Virus record (IMG/VR): IMGVR_UViG_3300009540_000001
Coordinates: 64,001 to 128,000 of that record
Length of the DNA: 64,000 nt
Origin: a virus
Taxonomy: Duplodnaviria > Caudoviricetes
Reading direction: 5' to 3' (one strand)
In this document: positions 37,205 to 47,095 of the stretch, one piece after another
Layout of the letters: each line of letters starts with the position of its first letter
Numbering within the stretch: position 1 is the stretch's first letter
The notes under the pieces: model-generated
The model's database searches: none
Seen by the model: only the letters and a program-made list of their open reading frames with translations
What the model was told of the DNA's origin: nothing
Translations under genes and position numbers: made by a program

Positions 37205-37906
37205 TCAGCGGTTGCGGCGGTTGCGGCGGTTGCCGCTCGAGCCCTCGGCGGGCGTCGTGGACGTCTCGACAGAGACCTCCTCGGCGACTTCTTCGACGAG
37301 CTCGACCTCGTCCGACACTTCGGCCTCGCCCTTGGGCTTCGCCGCCTCTTTCATCTCGGCGACCTCCTCCGGGCTCATGACGAACTGGTCGACGACGCTC
37401 GGGTCGATCTCGCCGTCCTCGACGCTCGGCAGACCGGGCTTGTCGAAGCTGTCCTTGGGGCGCTTCGCGGCGTCGAGGGCCTTGTGCGTCGCCGCGAGCT
37501 CCGCGTCGGTCATCTGGTAGTTCGGCTTCTCTTCGCCGCGCTCTGCGCGCTCTTCGTCTTCGGCGCGCTTCAGGCGCAGGGCCTCTTTCGCGGCGAGGGT
37601 CTCGTCCTTCGACGCGAGCACGGTCGCGGGGTGCGGCGCGGGCTTGCGCGCCTTCGTCTCGACGCCGTCCCCCATGTCGAAGATCGCCGCGTTCGCGATC
37701 AGACCGAACGCGAGGTCCTCCCCGTTGCCGGGGGCGTCGGGGCGCTGACGCAGCTCGGCTTGCACCGCGTACGTCTTCCCGTTCATCTCAACTTGGACCA
37801 TCTTCTTCATCTGCCCTGGGGCGAAGGTGAGGTTGATGGCCATGCCCGTCGTCGGGTCCCTGACGATGATGGTCGATCCCGACCCTTGGTGATTCGCGCT
37901 GTGCAT
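37205..37906 (-). CDS. Acidic hypothetical protein
   Basis: Strong codon bias; likely ATG at 37906. Confidence 0.7.
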   Translation of the reverse strand: MHSANHQGSGSTIIVRDPTTGMAINLTFAPGQMKKMVQVEMNGKTYAVQAELRQRPDAPGNGEDLAFGLIANAAIFDMGDGVETKARKPAPHPATVLASKDETLAAKEALRLKRAEDEERAERGEEKPNYQMTDAELAATHKALDAAKRPKDSFDKPGLPSVEDGEIDPSVVDQFVMSPEEVAEMKEAAKPKGEAEVSDEVELVEEVAEEVSVETSTTPAEGSSGNRRNRRNR

Positions 37907-38040
37907 CGTGTATGCTTCCGTTGTGAGTTGGACCCGAGCACCACGAGGCTTTCGCGCGCTCGAAGACCTAGCTTCGCTGTTGCTGAAATTACAGCGAATC
38001 GCCATCTATCACAAGATCCTCAAGGTTATGGAGGCGTCGA

Positions 38041-39846
38041 ATGCCTTGGCAAAGTTTGCACCTCAACCTCCCACCGGCGATCACGGCGCTGGGGACGGGG
38101 CTGTCGAGCAGCCTTGACGCCGTAAAGGCGGCGCTCGACGTCGTCCGCATTCAGTCCCGGGCCTTCTCAGCCTTCGTGCGTGCGCAAGAGGGCGTGCCCG
38201 TAAACGCGGGGATCGCGGCGATCTCCGCTGGCGTTACGGCGCTCGAGAGCCTGATCAACGGCTTCTCGGACAGCACGGGCGTCTACGTGCTTCTGATCCC
38301 CATTCCGAAGAAGGGCCTGCTCAGCGTGGTCTCGGAGCCCGACACGCCGTCCGAGCCCGGATCGAACTTCGTCCAGTTCCCGACGACGAGCCTGCTCGCA
38401 CGCCTTCCCGCCGCGCTCGCGGCCAAGCTCCGGGAGAGCCCGTCGTTCTCGGCGCTGTTCTCCGAAGGAAACGTCTCCGTCGGAGGCAATCCTTACGTCG
38501 TAAAGACGGTCGGAGAGTCGCTGCACGACGCCGGGGATCGTAACCGGCCTCGCTTCGCGAGCGACAGCTACTGGGCATACACGGCCCTGCTGACGGGGGC
38601 TTACGACCTCTCGATCATCCTGACCGCCGCCCAGTTCTTCGATCGCATGTTCAACAAGATCCCGGGCGCGATCGGCGCGGCGCGGCAGGTAGCGAACGTC
38701 GTGCCGTCCGGGCTGCGCGTGGGCCCGAGCGGGCGCGGCTACTACCCCATCCTCGAGTGGGACCGCGTACCCGCTTCCGCGATCCTCTCGAGCTTCGCGA
38801 GCGCGCGCGTCACGGCGACGGAATACGCGATCATCGCGTCGACGGACTTCCGCGCGAAGACGGTGTCGACGGTCGACGAGCTGTTCGGGACGACGACCCT
38901 CACCGCAGGCATGACCGGGGTCTACGGGTCGACGGTCGTGGCGGTGACGGCGTACGACGGCGTCGTCTCGAGATACCTCGACGAGCGAACGCTTCCCCTC
39001 GGAAAGACCATCTACTACCACATCGCGTTCAAGACCCGCGTCGAGAACGATCCGATGTTCGATCCGAAGCCCCCGCCCCCGCCTCTGAGCAGGCGCCCCG
39101 GAGTTCCCCGGCCCACGAGCAGCGAGCCCATCGACCTCCCCTACGGCCCGCTCTCCTCGTGCGCCGAGTACCCCGTGCGCGCGCAGGGCGACCCTCGGCT
39201 CTCCAAGGCCCCGGACTGGTTTCGAAGCCCGTCCTTGGTACAGCTCATCCCCGGGGTTGACCGACTCCTCGACCGCGCCTCCTTCTCTCTCGAGGAGCTA
39301 CGAGGCATCCTCGCGCGCGGCACAGAGACGAACAACGCGCTGCTCTCGTTGCTCAACCGCCTCGCCGACAAGCTCGGCGTGGAGACCGACGACATCTCCT
39401 TGTTCTTGCGCAGGCTTCAAAACGCGCTCGGGGCCCCCACAGCGGGGATCTACGCGACGGTGCGCACCGGGCAGGGCAACACCGGCGCGTTCCTCGCGGA
39501 CCTGGTCTCCGCCCTCGACGACGAGACCGACGAGAACCGACCTCCCTTCGACACGGGGGATGAGTTCGTCACGGGCGTGATCCTCCTGAGCGTCGGGCCC
39601 GACCCTTCGGCTATCGCCGCCGCGTTCGCGGCGTTCGGAGCTCTGTTCGGCGCACCCTCGAGCACCGACGCCCTCGCCGGTGTGAACTCGGTGACGGCCT
39701 CGACGCTTGCCTCACTCACAGAGGTCGAGCAAGCTCTACTCGAACAGATCCGAGGCGGCGGGACTTCTACAACCTTGTCCCCCATCGCCTTCGGCACCGA
39801 CATGACGTCTCGCCCCCTTGGAAGCTCCGACGCGAGCTGTGAGTGA
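38041..39846 (+). CDS. Hypothetical protein, probably baseplate-associated
   Basis: GGAGG RBS; 601 aa; FN3-like central region. Confidence 0.65.
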   Translation: MPWQSLHLNLPPAITALGTGLSSSLDAVKAALDVVRIQSRAFSAFVRAQEGVPVNAGIAAISAGVTALESLINGFSDSTGVYVLLIPIPKKGLLSVVSEPDTPSEPGSNFVQFPTTSLLARLPAALAAKLRESPSFSALFSEGNVSVGGNPYVVKTVGESLHDAGDRNRPRFASDSYWAYTALLTGAYDLSIILTAAQFFDRMFNKIPGAIGAARQVANVVPSGLRVGPSGRGYYPILEWDRVPASAILSSFASARVTATEYAIIASTDFRAKTVSTVDELFGTTTLTAGMTGVYGSTVVAVTAYDGVVSRYLDERTLPLGKTIYYHIAFKTRVENDPMFDPKPPPPPLSRRPGVPRPTSSEPIDLPYGPLSSCAEYPVRAQGDPRLSKAPDWFRSPSLVQLIPGVDRLLDRASFSLEELRGILARGTETNNALLSLLNRLADKLGVETDDISLFLRRLQNALGAPTAGIYATVRTGQGNTGAFLADLVSALDDETDENRPPFDTGDEFVTGVILLSVGPDPSAIAAAFAAFGALFGAPSSTDALAGVNSVTASTLASLTEVEQALLEQIRGGGTSTTLSPIAFGTDMTSRPLGSSDASCE

Positions 39847-39852
39847 CGAACG

Positions 39853-40197
39853 ATGCCCACGTACGACTTCGGATGTGAAGACCAGCACGACTTCGAGCAC
39901 TTCTGCTCGATCTCCGCGAAGCCTGATTCTCTGCCTTGCCCCACGTGCGGCAAGCCGGCGAAGCAGATCTTCACCAGCGCGCCGCACCTGTGGAAGGGCC
40001 TCTACATCCTCGACTACCCCGGGTCGAAGGCGCTCAAGGCCGGCTTCGTGCACTCGCACGGCGACCACGGCGTGAAGAAGGTCTCGAGCGGGTACGGCGG
40101 CAGCTTGAACCCGTCAACGCGGGACCTTCACCCGTTGGCCGAGGCGTCGCAGCCCGAGCGCATGGCGCCGGGCTCGCAGCCGCAGTTCGAGGACTAG
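39853..40197 (+). CDS. FmdB-like zinc-ribbon protein
   Basis: MPTYDFGCEDQHDFE...CPTCGK. Confidence 0.8.
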   Translation: MPTYDFGCEDQHDFEHFCSISAKPDSLPCPTCGKPAKQIFTSAPHLWKGLYILDYPGSKALKAGFVHSHGDHGVKKVSSGYGGSLNPSTRDLHPLAEASQPERMAPGSQPQFED

Positions 40198-40598
40198 ACG
40201 TCGCTGGAGGCGGGCGGTGCCTTGATCTCTGCGCCGCTCGCCGTCTGAATGACGTCCATGTTCTCGTCGAGTCCGTGCAGCTTCAGCACGTACGTCAAGA
40301 ATTTCTGCTTGCGTACGTCCCCTTCCGCCTCGGCGGCCTTCGCCGCGTACGCCGTAAAGGCGAGCCATCCGTCGAACAAAGCCCCGGCCCCGAGCGGCGA
40401 AGGTGCCCCTGCGTCGAGCGAGCCGCCGAGGGAGCTCGCGGAGACCTGCATCGTCTCTTCCGTCGCCGCGTAGCGCAGGACGACGAAGCCGTCGCCGGCG
40501 ATCTCGGTGGGGCCGCACTCGGCATCGGTGCGACCGCCTTCATCGCAGACGTCGCTGAGGGTGAGGGAGAGAACCAGGGGGCGTTTCTGAGAGCTCAT
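40194..40598 (-). CDS. Hypothetical protein
   Basis: Coupled to 40595..41062. Confidence 0.6.
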   Translation of the reverse strand: MSSQKRPLVLSLTLSDVCDEGGRTDAECGPTEIAGDGFVVLRYAATEETMQVSASSLGGSLDAGAPSPLGAGALFDGWLAFTAYAAKAAEAEGDVRKQKFLTYVLKLHGLDENMDVIQTASGAEIKAPPASSDV

Positions 40599-41062
40599 CG
40601 GAACAGTCTACCCGAGGCTGCACGGTCCAGTAAGGACAGCAGAGGCCTCCAGTACATCGGCTTGCCCGCGTACCGCTGCTCGATCGCCGCTGCGGCCAGG
40701 CAGGCGTCGTACGCGGCCTTGTACGATCCCTCGAGCGCGAGGTCCGTGGCGGCCCGCCCGTAGCCCTTGGCGCGGTGGGCGTCTTCGCGGACGATGAGCA
40801 ACAGCTGGACCGCCTGCTCCCACAGGTCCACGTAGGGCTCGGAGCGCTCGAGCGAGGGCATCAGCCCCGTAGCGATGGCGCGCGCGGCCTGCGGCGGCGT
40901 CAGGTCGCCCCGTTCGATCGCTTGGACGTACCGGGCGCTCACGCGCGCGACAAGCACGGCCAGGTCCCCTTGGCGGATCTCGGCGTGCCAGTACACCCAG
41001 TTCCAGGCGGCCCCCCGCGCGTACGCTCGTCGTAGGCGCCGCACGAAGTCGTCGCGGTCCAT
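40595..41062 (-). CDS. Hypothetical protein
   Basis: TAGGCT box 6 nt before ATG. Confidence 0.65.
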   Translation of the reverse strand: MDRDDFVRRLRRAYARGAAWNWVYWHAEIRQGDLAVLVARVSARYVQAIERGDLTPPQAARAIATGLMPSLERSEPYVDLWEQAVQLLLIVREDAHRAKGYGRAATDLALEGSYKAAYDACLAAAAIEQRYAGKPMYWRPLLSLLDRAASGRLFR

Positions 41063-41134
41063 GAAGAGAGCCTAGCCGGGCGAGGCTACCGCGTAAACAA
41101 GACCGCGCTCCACGAGCTTATACTTACGCTACCT

Positions 41135-41512
41135 ATGGCCACGATGAAGCTCACCGGGAACCTGCTGCTCCAACTACTCGAGGGCATCCTCCCGTCGACC
41201 GTACCGGTGGGGTTCGAAACGACCTACTCCGAGTCGGCGATGCACAACTTCGTGTACACGACGACGCAGACGAACATCGCCGTGCCGCAAGCGTCGGTCT
41301 CGGCGCCGCGCATCGTGCTCGTCTTCCTCACCGAGGGGTCGATCTCGCTGAGCTGGGACGTCGCCGGCCTCGCACCGACGGTGCTCACGGCGAACCCGCT
41401 GCCCGGCAACAACGACAAGCCGGTGATGGTGCTGTTCCGCTACACGGCGCCGGCGAGCCAGCTGTATCTGAGCTGCGCGGCGGCGAAGGGGTCGATCTGG
41501 GTCTTCGAGTGA
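41135..41512 (+). CDS. Small beta-rich hypothetical (structural?) protein
   Basis: TATACTT box upstream; typical codon usage. Confidence 0.65.
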   Translation: MATMKLTGNLLLQLLEGILPSTVPVGFETTYSESAMHNFVYTTTQTNIAVPQASVSAPRIVLVFLTEGSISLSWDVAGLAPTVLTANPLPGNNDKPVMVLFRYTAPASQLYLSCAAAKGSIWVFE

Positions 41513-41516
41513 GCCG

Positions 41517-42092
41517 CTAGGGCGCCTGGGCGCCCAGTCCCTCGTGCCAACAGGCGGCGCACCGCGCCTCGTAGTGCGCCTGGGCCCCGACGAGCACGAG
41601 GGACGTCTCCCCCGACGTCCGGAACGTGCGCGTGCCCTCCTGGCTCTTGCAGCGCTGGCACACCGCCGTCAGCTTCACGACCTCGTTCGCGTGCGCCATC
41701 AGCGCGGGCATGACCCCGAAGGGCATGCCGTCGAACGTCAGGTCGAGCCCGGCGGCGACGACCGTGATCCCCTGCTGCACCCAGTGCAGCACGTCGGAGA
41801 TCATGCGCGAGGGGAAGAACTGCGCCTCATCGAGCCCGATGAAGCGCACGCCGCTTTTGATGTCGTCGCGGTGCGACTGCTCCCAGTCGGTCGTGATCGT
41901 CTCCGAGTCGATCTGCGTGGCGTCGTGCGTCGTCACGAGGCCCGCGTACCGGGTGTCCGTCTTCGATCGGAAGATGACGGTCTTCAGATTCCCGAGCCGC
42001 GCGCGGCGTTGATGCCGCGCGAGCTCGGTGGTCTTGCCCGCGTACATCGGGCCGCAGACGACGGTGAGGTATCCGACGCGCTTGGGGAGCAT
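41517..42092 (-). CDS. tdk: Thymidine kinase (TK1 type)
   Basis: GPMYAGKTTEL, IGLDEAQFF, AAGLDLTF, LTAVCQRC, YEARCAAC. Confidence 0.97.
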   Translation of the reverse strand: MLPKRVGYLTVVCGPMYAGKTTELARHQRRARLGNLKTVIFRSKTDTRYAGLVTTHDATQIDSETITTDWEQSHRDDIKSGVRFIGLDEAQFFPSRMISDVLHWVQQGITVVAAGLDLTFDGMPFGVMPALMAHANEVVKLTAVCQRCKSQEGTRTFRTSGETSLVLVGAQAHYEARCAACWHEGLGAQAP

Positions 42093-42104
42093 GGGGGAAG
42101 CGTA

Positions 42105-42365
42105 TCACCCCATGTGCCGGTGGATAGTTCCTGGCTCTCCGATGTTCCCGGGCTTCGCCTGATCGAACGTCTCGGTCGCCTTGAAGGCGTCGCCGACGTC
42201 CGACTTCACGCGGATCGGCTCCATCTTCGGGTCCGTCGCGCGTTCCTTCACCGGGATCGTGATGGGCCAGGCGTCGTCAGCGATCTTCCCCAGGCCCAGG
42301 GCCCTCGCCATCTTCATCCTCCCCCTCAAGCGCGCGTTCGAGAGCCTCTCTTGTAGCGTCGTCAT
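42105..42365 (-). CDS. Small hypothetical protein (KMA/KIA motifs)
   Basis: ORF track; typical codon usage. Confidence 0.6.
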   Translation of the reverse strand: MTTLQERLSNARLRGRMKMARALGLGKIADDAWPITIPVKERATDPKMEPIRVKSDVGDAFKATETFDQAKPGNIGEPGTIHRHMG

Positions 42366-42475
42366 CGGGGTCTTCCTGCGAGCACGTCAGGCAGTAGGGA
42401 ACTACGGGCGTAGGAGAGAAGTACAAGACCCAGAGGGTGCCCGGACAGTACGGACAGATCCCGAACCGGATCGGC

Positions 42476-42760
42476 TTATACGGCGTGATGTCGGTGGCGA
42501 CGATGGTGCACCGGGGGGCTCGAGGTGGAACCACTTGACGGCGTAAAGCCGCCCATGGCCATCTCGCGCATCATAGGCTGCGTCATGGTCATGCCGGGGT
42601 ACGCCTCTGCGTCGTGCTGACGCTGGACGGCGTTGTAGGTGTCCATCGCGGCGGAGAGGGCGGGGAAGGCGCTCTCGAGCAGCGCGCCCTTGAAGTACAG
42701 CCGAGCCACCTTCACGGCGGCACGACCCCGCCCGATGGCCTCGAGCTCCGCGCGCGTCAC
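42476..42760 (-). CDS. Small hypothetical protein
   Basis: GTGA-coupled to the upstream gene; VKVA. Confidence 0.55.
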   Translation of the reverse strand: MTRAELEAIGRGRAAVKVARLYFKGALLESAFPALSAAMDTYNAVQRQHDAEAYPGMTMTQPMMREMAMGGFTPSSGSTSSPPVHHRRHRHHAV

Positions 42761-43377
42761 AGCGTCAGCCCGCCCTGACTCGGCAGCGCCTCGCCGCCCT
42801 CCGACCCCTGCGACGCCTTGGAGTCCGCATCGCGGAAGGTACGCATGAGGCGGTCCTCGTCGCTCGCGGCCTCGGCGGGGCCCTGGTTGTCCCCACCCTT
42901 CAGGCCGATGATGTTGCCTCGAATGAGCTTGTCGATGTCGGCGTGCTTCAGGTCGGAGAGCTTGTAGCGGGCGATGACGGTCTTGTAGGCGGCGGTCTTG
43001 GCGTCTTCGAGGAGGCCGCGTGTGGCGAGATGGGAGCCGATCTGGTTACCCGCCATACCACCAGCGAGACCACCCCCAATGCCACCCACGATCATCGAGA
43101 AGGCCCGGTGGTTCAAGGGAGCAAGGCGGCCCAAAGAGCCGCCGACCATCATACCCCCCAAGCTACCAACACTCCCGCCAAAGGTCCCGCCCGCGATCCC
43201 GCGAAGGGCGCCCTCTCCCTGTCGCCCCAAGGGCTTGCCGCGTTGATAGCCTTCCCACGTCGAGCCGAAGGGCAACGCGGTACGGAAGTGGGAGCGGTCT
43301 TCCAACGCCGAAGACCGCTCACCCTCTTGCTGCTCGTCCGCCGTCTTCATGTGCCAACCCTTCTTCATCTCACGCAT
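42757..43377 (-). CDS. Glycine-zipper protein bounded by KTA motifs
   Basis: MKTA...GGTFGGSVGSLGGMMVGG...GGIGGGLAGGMAG...AKTAA. Confidence 0.7.
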   Translation of the reverse strand: MREMKKGWHMKTADEQQEGERSSALEDRSHFRTALPFGSTWEGYQRGKPLGRQGEGALRGIAGGTFGGSVGSLGGMMVGGSLGRLAPLNHRAFSMIVGGIGGGLAGGMAGNQIGSHLATRGLLEDAKTAAYKTVIARYKLSDLKHADIDKLIRGNIIGLKGGDNQGPAEAASDEDRLMRTFRDADSKASQGSEGGEALPSQGGLTL

Positions 43378-43861
43378 GCCGATACCGCCCGACGTTCTTG
43401 TACCCGCTCGCGAACCCGCCGAACGCCTGGTTCATGTTCCACTCGTTCTTCAGGTTCCGCGCCATCTCCATGAACTGCCCGCGCAGGTACTGGGCCCAGT
43501 TCTGATAGAGCGCCTGCTTGTCGTCGATGCCGATGGGCTGGACGTTGCCGTCTTGCACCGTCGCCTGGTTTCTCAGCTGGCGCAGGCCTTCTGAGTTCAT
43601 CAGGTGCGCAACGGCGCCGTAGAGGATCACGATGCGCGGGAGGTACGCGAGGTCGAACGCCGTGCGCGGTGTCATGGCGTTGTAGAAGTCGATGGTGAAG
43701 AGGAGCGCCGCGTCGATGTCCTTGTCCGAGAACTCGACGCCGTCGAGCAGGATGTTCAGCACCCCGGTGTCCTGCACGGGACCGGGGGTGTCGCGCATGA
43801 AGCGGCGCACCTGATCGCGCGTGAGGGTCTCTTCTTCTACCGGGTAGCCGATGACAGGCAT
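43370..43861 (-). CDS. Probable head-tail adaptor-like protein
   Basis: TRDQVRRFMRD...FSDKDIDAAL pattern typical of gp6/gp15-like connectors. Confidence 0.5.
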   Translation of the reverse strand: MPVIGYPVEEETLTRDQVRRFMRDTPGPVQDTGVLNILLDGVEFSDKDIDAALLFTIDFYNAMTPRTAFDLAYLPRIVILYGAVAHLMNSEGLRQLRNQATVQDGNVQPIGIDDKQALYQNWAQYLRGQFMEMARNLKNEWNMNQAFGGFASGYKNVGRYRHA

Positions 43862-43864
43862 GGC

Positions 43865-44326
43865 TCAGCCCCCTTCGAACGACTCGGCGTGATTCGTGTC
43901 CTCGAGCTCAGGGGCCGGCTGCGCCTGCTGCTTCTGCGCCATGTGGTTCGCGATCAGCTTGCCGATGCCGTAGACGCCCGCAGCTCCGGCGGCAGCGCCG
44001 CCACCATAGAGGGCAGCGCGACCTGCGACGGCGTTGCGGGCCTTCGCGTACCGATCCATGTACGCCTGGAGCGCCGCCGGGCTTGGAGCGTGTTCCTTCA
44101 AGTCAGGAATGCCGTTGCGTAGGTCCCGCGCCTTCCGATACAGATCTCCGATCCTCTCGTCGAACAGCGCCTCCTTCGACACAACCGTCGTCGCCGCCGG
44201 TGCGCTCGACGGCGCGAACGACAGCGGCTGCGCCCCCGAGTTCGGGGTCCCGGGCATGCCGGTGGGGGCCTTCGGCTTCGTGCCGATGGGGTGGGTCGTC
44301 GTGTAGCCGCTGCCGATGTCTGCCAT
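43865..44326 (-). CDS. Hypothetical protein with KEA and a Gly-rich TM segment
   Basis: SKEA; ALYGGGAAAGAAGVYGIG. Confidence 0.7.
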   Translation of the reverse strand: MADIGSGYTTTHPIGTKPKAPTGMPGTPNSGAQPLSFAPSSAPAATTVVSKEALFDERIGDLYRKARDLRNGIPDLKEHAPSPAALQAYMDRYAKARNAVAGRAALYGGGAAAGAAGVYGIGKLIANHMAQKQQAQPAPELEDTNHAESFEGG

Positions 44327-44359
44327 GGTGAAGTCCTTTACGGCGTGAAGGGAGAGGGC

Positions 44360-45154
44360 TCAAGCGTACGGGAACTCAGCCGCCCGCTGCACGTCGAATC
44401 CGATGTACCCCGTCGTCGCCGCGCTGATCGTCACGCGCATCGCCTGTCGCGGGTGCACCAGCTGCTTGATGTCGGTGTACGAGATCTTCCCGTCCGTCGG
44501 CGTGAGGCACGGGTACTTGAAGAACGAGTACTCCTCCCCCGCCGGCGTGAAGTCCTCGTTCAGCCGGATCCTCGAGACCTCGACGGTCAGGGGGCCGGCG
44601 AGTAGGACGTTGAAGTTCGCCGAGAACCCGAGCACCCACACGGGGTAGTCCTGCTCGAAGTGGAAGAACCCGCCGTTGCCGTTGACGGGGATATCCCAGA
44701 AGTACTGGGTGACGTCGACCGCCGGGTCCGCGCCGCCGGTGAACGCGAGCGCCGCTGTCGCCGCCACGATCGTGGCCCCGGTGCCCGGGACGTACGCGCG
44801 GATGGCGAAGGAGGGGGAGTTGCGCGACGCGAAGGCGTTGATCGCCGCTGCGACCTCGGTCGCGGTCGCCTGCAACGCGTTGGTCGTTCGGCGCAGGATC
44901 ACGGTGATCGCCGGGCCGATCTGCGTGACGGTCGTCGCGGGGATCGTGAGCCCCGCGCCCGCGTCGACGTACTGAATCGTCAGCGAATTCGCAGACGCGC
45001 CGTAGATGCGCGCGGCGTAGCGGACGATCCCGTCAACTCCGACCCCGGAGTCTACGGTGCGCCGCGCGCGACCGTACTCGGTGCCGTCAAAGGTCCCGGT
45101 GCCGGTGACCTTTTGCTGGACGAAGTACTTCTGGCCTACCGGTGTCGGGTACAT
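44360..45154 (-). CDS. Probable structural protein
   Basis: ATATEVAAAINA and FTGG motifs like the sheath inserts; TATACT box upstream. Confidence 0.7.
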   Translation of the reverse strand: MYPTPVGQKYFVQQKVTGTGTFDGTEYGRARRTVDSGVGVDGIVRYAARIYGASANSLTIQYVDAGAGLTIPATTVTQIGPAITVILRRTTNALQATATEVAAAINAFASRNSPSFAIRAYVPGTGATIVAATAALAFTGGADPAVDVTQYFWDIPVNGNGGFFHFEQDYPVWVLGFSANFNVLLAGPLTVEVSRIRLNEDFTPAGEEYSFFKYPCLTPTDGKISYTDIKQLVHPRQAMRVTISAATTGYIGFDVQRAAEFPYA

Positions 45155-45160
45155 CGAGAG

Positions 45161-45167
45161 AAGTATA
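45161..45167 (-). promoter_or_regulatory. TATACTT -10-like box, leaderless spacing
   Basis: 7 nt before ATG 45154. Confidence 0.6.
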
Positions 45168-45230
45168 CGCGCGCGAGCGTCTGCGCGTAGCTCGGACGCT
45201 CAGGCACGCATCTCTCACGCCGACCAGCCG

Positions 45231-45758
45231 TCAGTGCCCCTTCGTCTCCGGGCCCATGTGCGCCAGTAGCACTTCGATGCCGCCCTCGATCTTGTTGATC
45301 TTCTCGAGGTTCGAGGCTTGCGCGACGCGGTTCTCTGCCCCCTGGTCCGCTACGCTCTTCTGTACCTTGCGGATCTCGTCGCTGATCTTTTCGACCTGCT
45401 GCGCTACGGACGCGGACGCGACTTGAATCTTCGACGCCGTGTCCTTGTAGACGATGCCGTCCGTACGGACGACGGCGTCGTCCAGCACGCCCTCGATGAA
45501 CTTACGGCGCGAGCCGATCTGCTCGGGCGCGTTGTGCCAGTTGTCGACGATCTTCTTGATCTCCTTCTCACGCTCGGCTGCCGCATCCGGCGCCGCGTTG
45601 ATCGCGATGATCGTCTCCTTCACAGCGGGCTTGCCGGTCTTTTCCCAGAAGCCGCGCACGAGGAGCATGAGAAGGCCCCACAGGATGCCAGTTCCGATCA
45701 GGACGCTGGCGAGCCAGCCACCGACGGCTTCCACGGTAACGGCCATAAGGGTCTGCAT
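45231..45758 (-). CDS. Membrane protein with N-terminal TM and coiled coil (lysis-type candidate)
   Basis: WLASVLIGTGILWGLLMLLV followed by a coiled coil. Confidence 0.65.
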   Translation of the reverse strand: MQTLMAVTVEAVGGWLASVLIGTGILWGLLMLLVRGFWEKTGKPAVKETIIAINAAPDAAAEREKEIKKIVDNWHNAPEQIGSRRKFIEGVLDDAVVRTDGIVYKDTASKIQVASASVAQQVEKISDEIRKVQKSVADQGAENRVAQASNLEKINKIEGGIEVLLAHMGPETKGH

Positions 45759-45783
45759 GGACGAAAGTTTACGGCGTAAGGAC

Positions 45784-45969
45784 TCAGCCCAGGAAGTACG
45801 CCGGCAGCGTCCCCGTCGGGGGCTCGCCCTGGCGGTACTCCTGCGTCCCGCCGTTGTTGGCGGTCCATAGGACGCCGAGCTCGACCTCGGAGCGCTGCCC
45901 GCCGTTGTCGATCTGCTCTTGCGCGGTCTGCACGAGGGCCGCGCGGGTGTCGATGCTGAAGGTTGCCAT
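45784..45969 (-). CDS. Small hypothetical protein
   Basis: AGGAG RBS. Confidence 0.6.
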   Translation of the reverse strand: MATFSIDTRAALVQTAQEQIDNGGQRSEVELGVLWTANNGGTQEYRQGEPPTGTLPAYFLG

Positions 45970-45978
45970 GGGTTACTC

Positions 45979-47088
45979 CTACCGAGAGATCTTCACGCCG
46001 CCCGTCCCCGTCACGTCATCGAGGTTGACGCGCACGAGGATGTTGTCGAGCGCGACCCAGCTTACGCCGTCTCGGTCTACGCCCATGCGGCCGAGGTCCC
46101 AGTTCTCCGTGTTCCACCGCCACGCGTTCGAGCGCCCGTAGATGCCGCCGTCTGGCGCGGCCAAGACGTTGCGCCGCACGTACTCCCCAGCGATGCCGCG
46201 TATACGCCCGCCGAGAAGGTCGTGACCGAGGGCGCCAACGAGAGGGTACAGACCGTACCCTGCTTGGTTGTAAGTCGGCACCGTGGGAACCATTCGATGC
46301 GCTCCCGACGATCCCGGTTGCCCCGCGAATGTGTACCCCTCGGCCGGGGTGATGATCTTGTCCTCGTCCGCCAGTTCGGCCAGCGTAAACGAGGACCCTG
46401 CGAACACGACCCCGTTGTTCGGGGTGACGGCGACGCGGTTCCCGAGCATGGAGTCCCACATCAGGGACAAACCCCCTGCGGGCGGGGCGGCACCGGCTGT
46501 CCACAGCTTCATGTACAAGTACGGTGCAGTGGTGTCGCCGTTGACGCCGATGATCAACCGGGAGGACGTCGAGTACAGCGTGGGGACGGCCCAACCGATA
46601 GGGCTCACGTTCGAGCCGCTCCCCAACAGGATGATCTCCGTACTCCCAGGGAGCGGAGCGGGTTGTCTGTTTGCGGTGGCGGTTGTCCCGTCGAAGCCCC
46701 CCGAAGAGTACTTGATACGCAATTCGGGAGAGACGTTCGAGATGATCTGAATCGCGAGCTCTCCCGACAGCCCGCCGGGACGCTTGAGCGTGAAGTGCGG
46801 GCGGGCGTTGTAAAAACTTCGAGGTCTTGCTGGGGTGTTGTTCTGCTGGGGGTCGCCGTACGTCCCGAGAAGCGCGTACAGGCCGTCGAGGGTGTCCAAG
46901 TTGAACACATCCCCGGACGCCAAAACCTGTGCGTCCCCATCGCCACTGCACCCCACGGTGTAACCGTTTGAACATGCGATGCTCTTCAGCGCGAGGATCG
47001 CTTGCGCGACGTTGTACTTGGACCGCAGTACGTTGCCGACAAAGTTCGCCGGGGCTGTAAGCGTGGATCGGTGACTTAGAGCTGCCAT
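45979..47088 (-). CDS. Probable tail/receptor-binding structural protein (paralog of 47096..48280)
   Basis: GAGGAG RBS; LKSIACSNGYTVGCSGDG, LRIKYSSGGF. Confidence 0.65.
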   Translation of the reverse strand: MAALSHRSTLTAPANFVGNVLRSKYNVAQAILALKSIACSNGYTVGCSGDGDAQVLASGDVFNLDTLDGLYALLGTYGDPQQNNTPARPRSFYNARPHFTLKRPGGLSGELAIQIISNVSPELRIKYSSGGFDGTTATANRQPAPLPGSTEIILLGSGSNVSPIGWAVPTLYSTSSRLIIGVNGDTTAPYLYMKLWTAGAAPPAGGLSLMWDSMLGNRVAVTPNNGVVFAGSSFTLAELADEDKIITPAEGYTFAGQPGSSGAHRMVPTVPTYNQAGYGLYPLVGALGHDLLGGRIRGIAGEYVRRNVLAAPDGGIYGRSNAWRWNTENWDLGRMGVDRDGVSWVALDNILVRVNLDDVTGTGGVKISR

Positions 47089-47095
47089 GGTCTCC

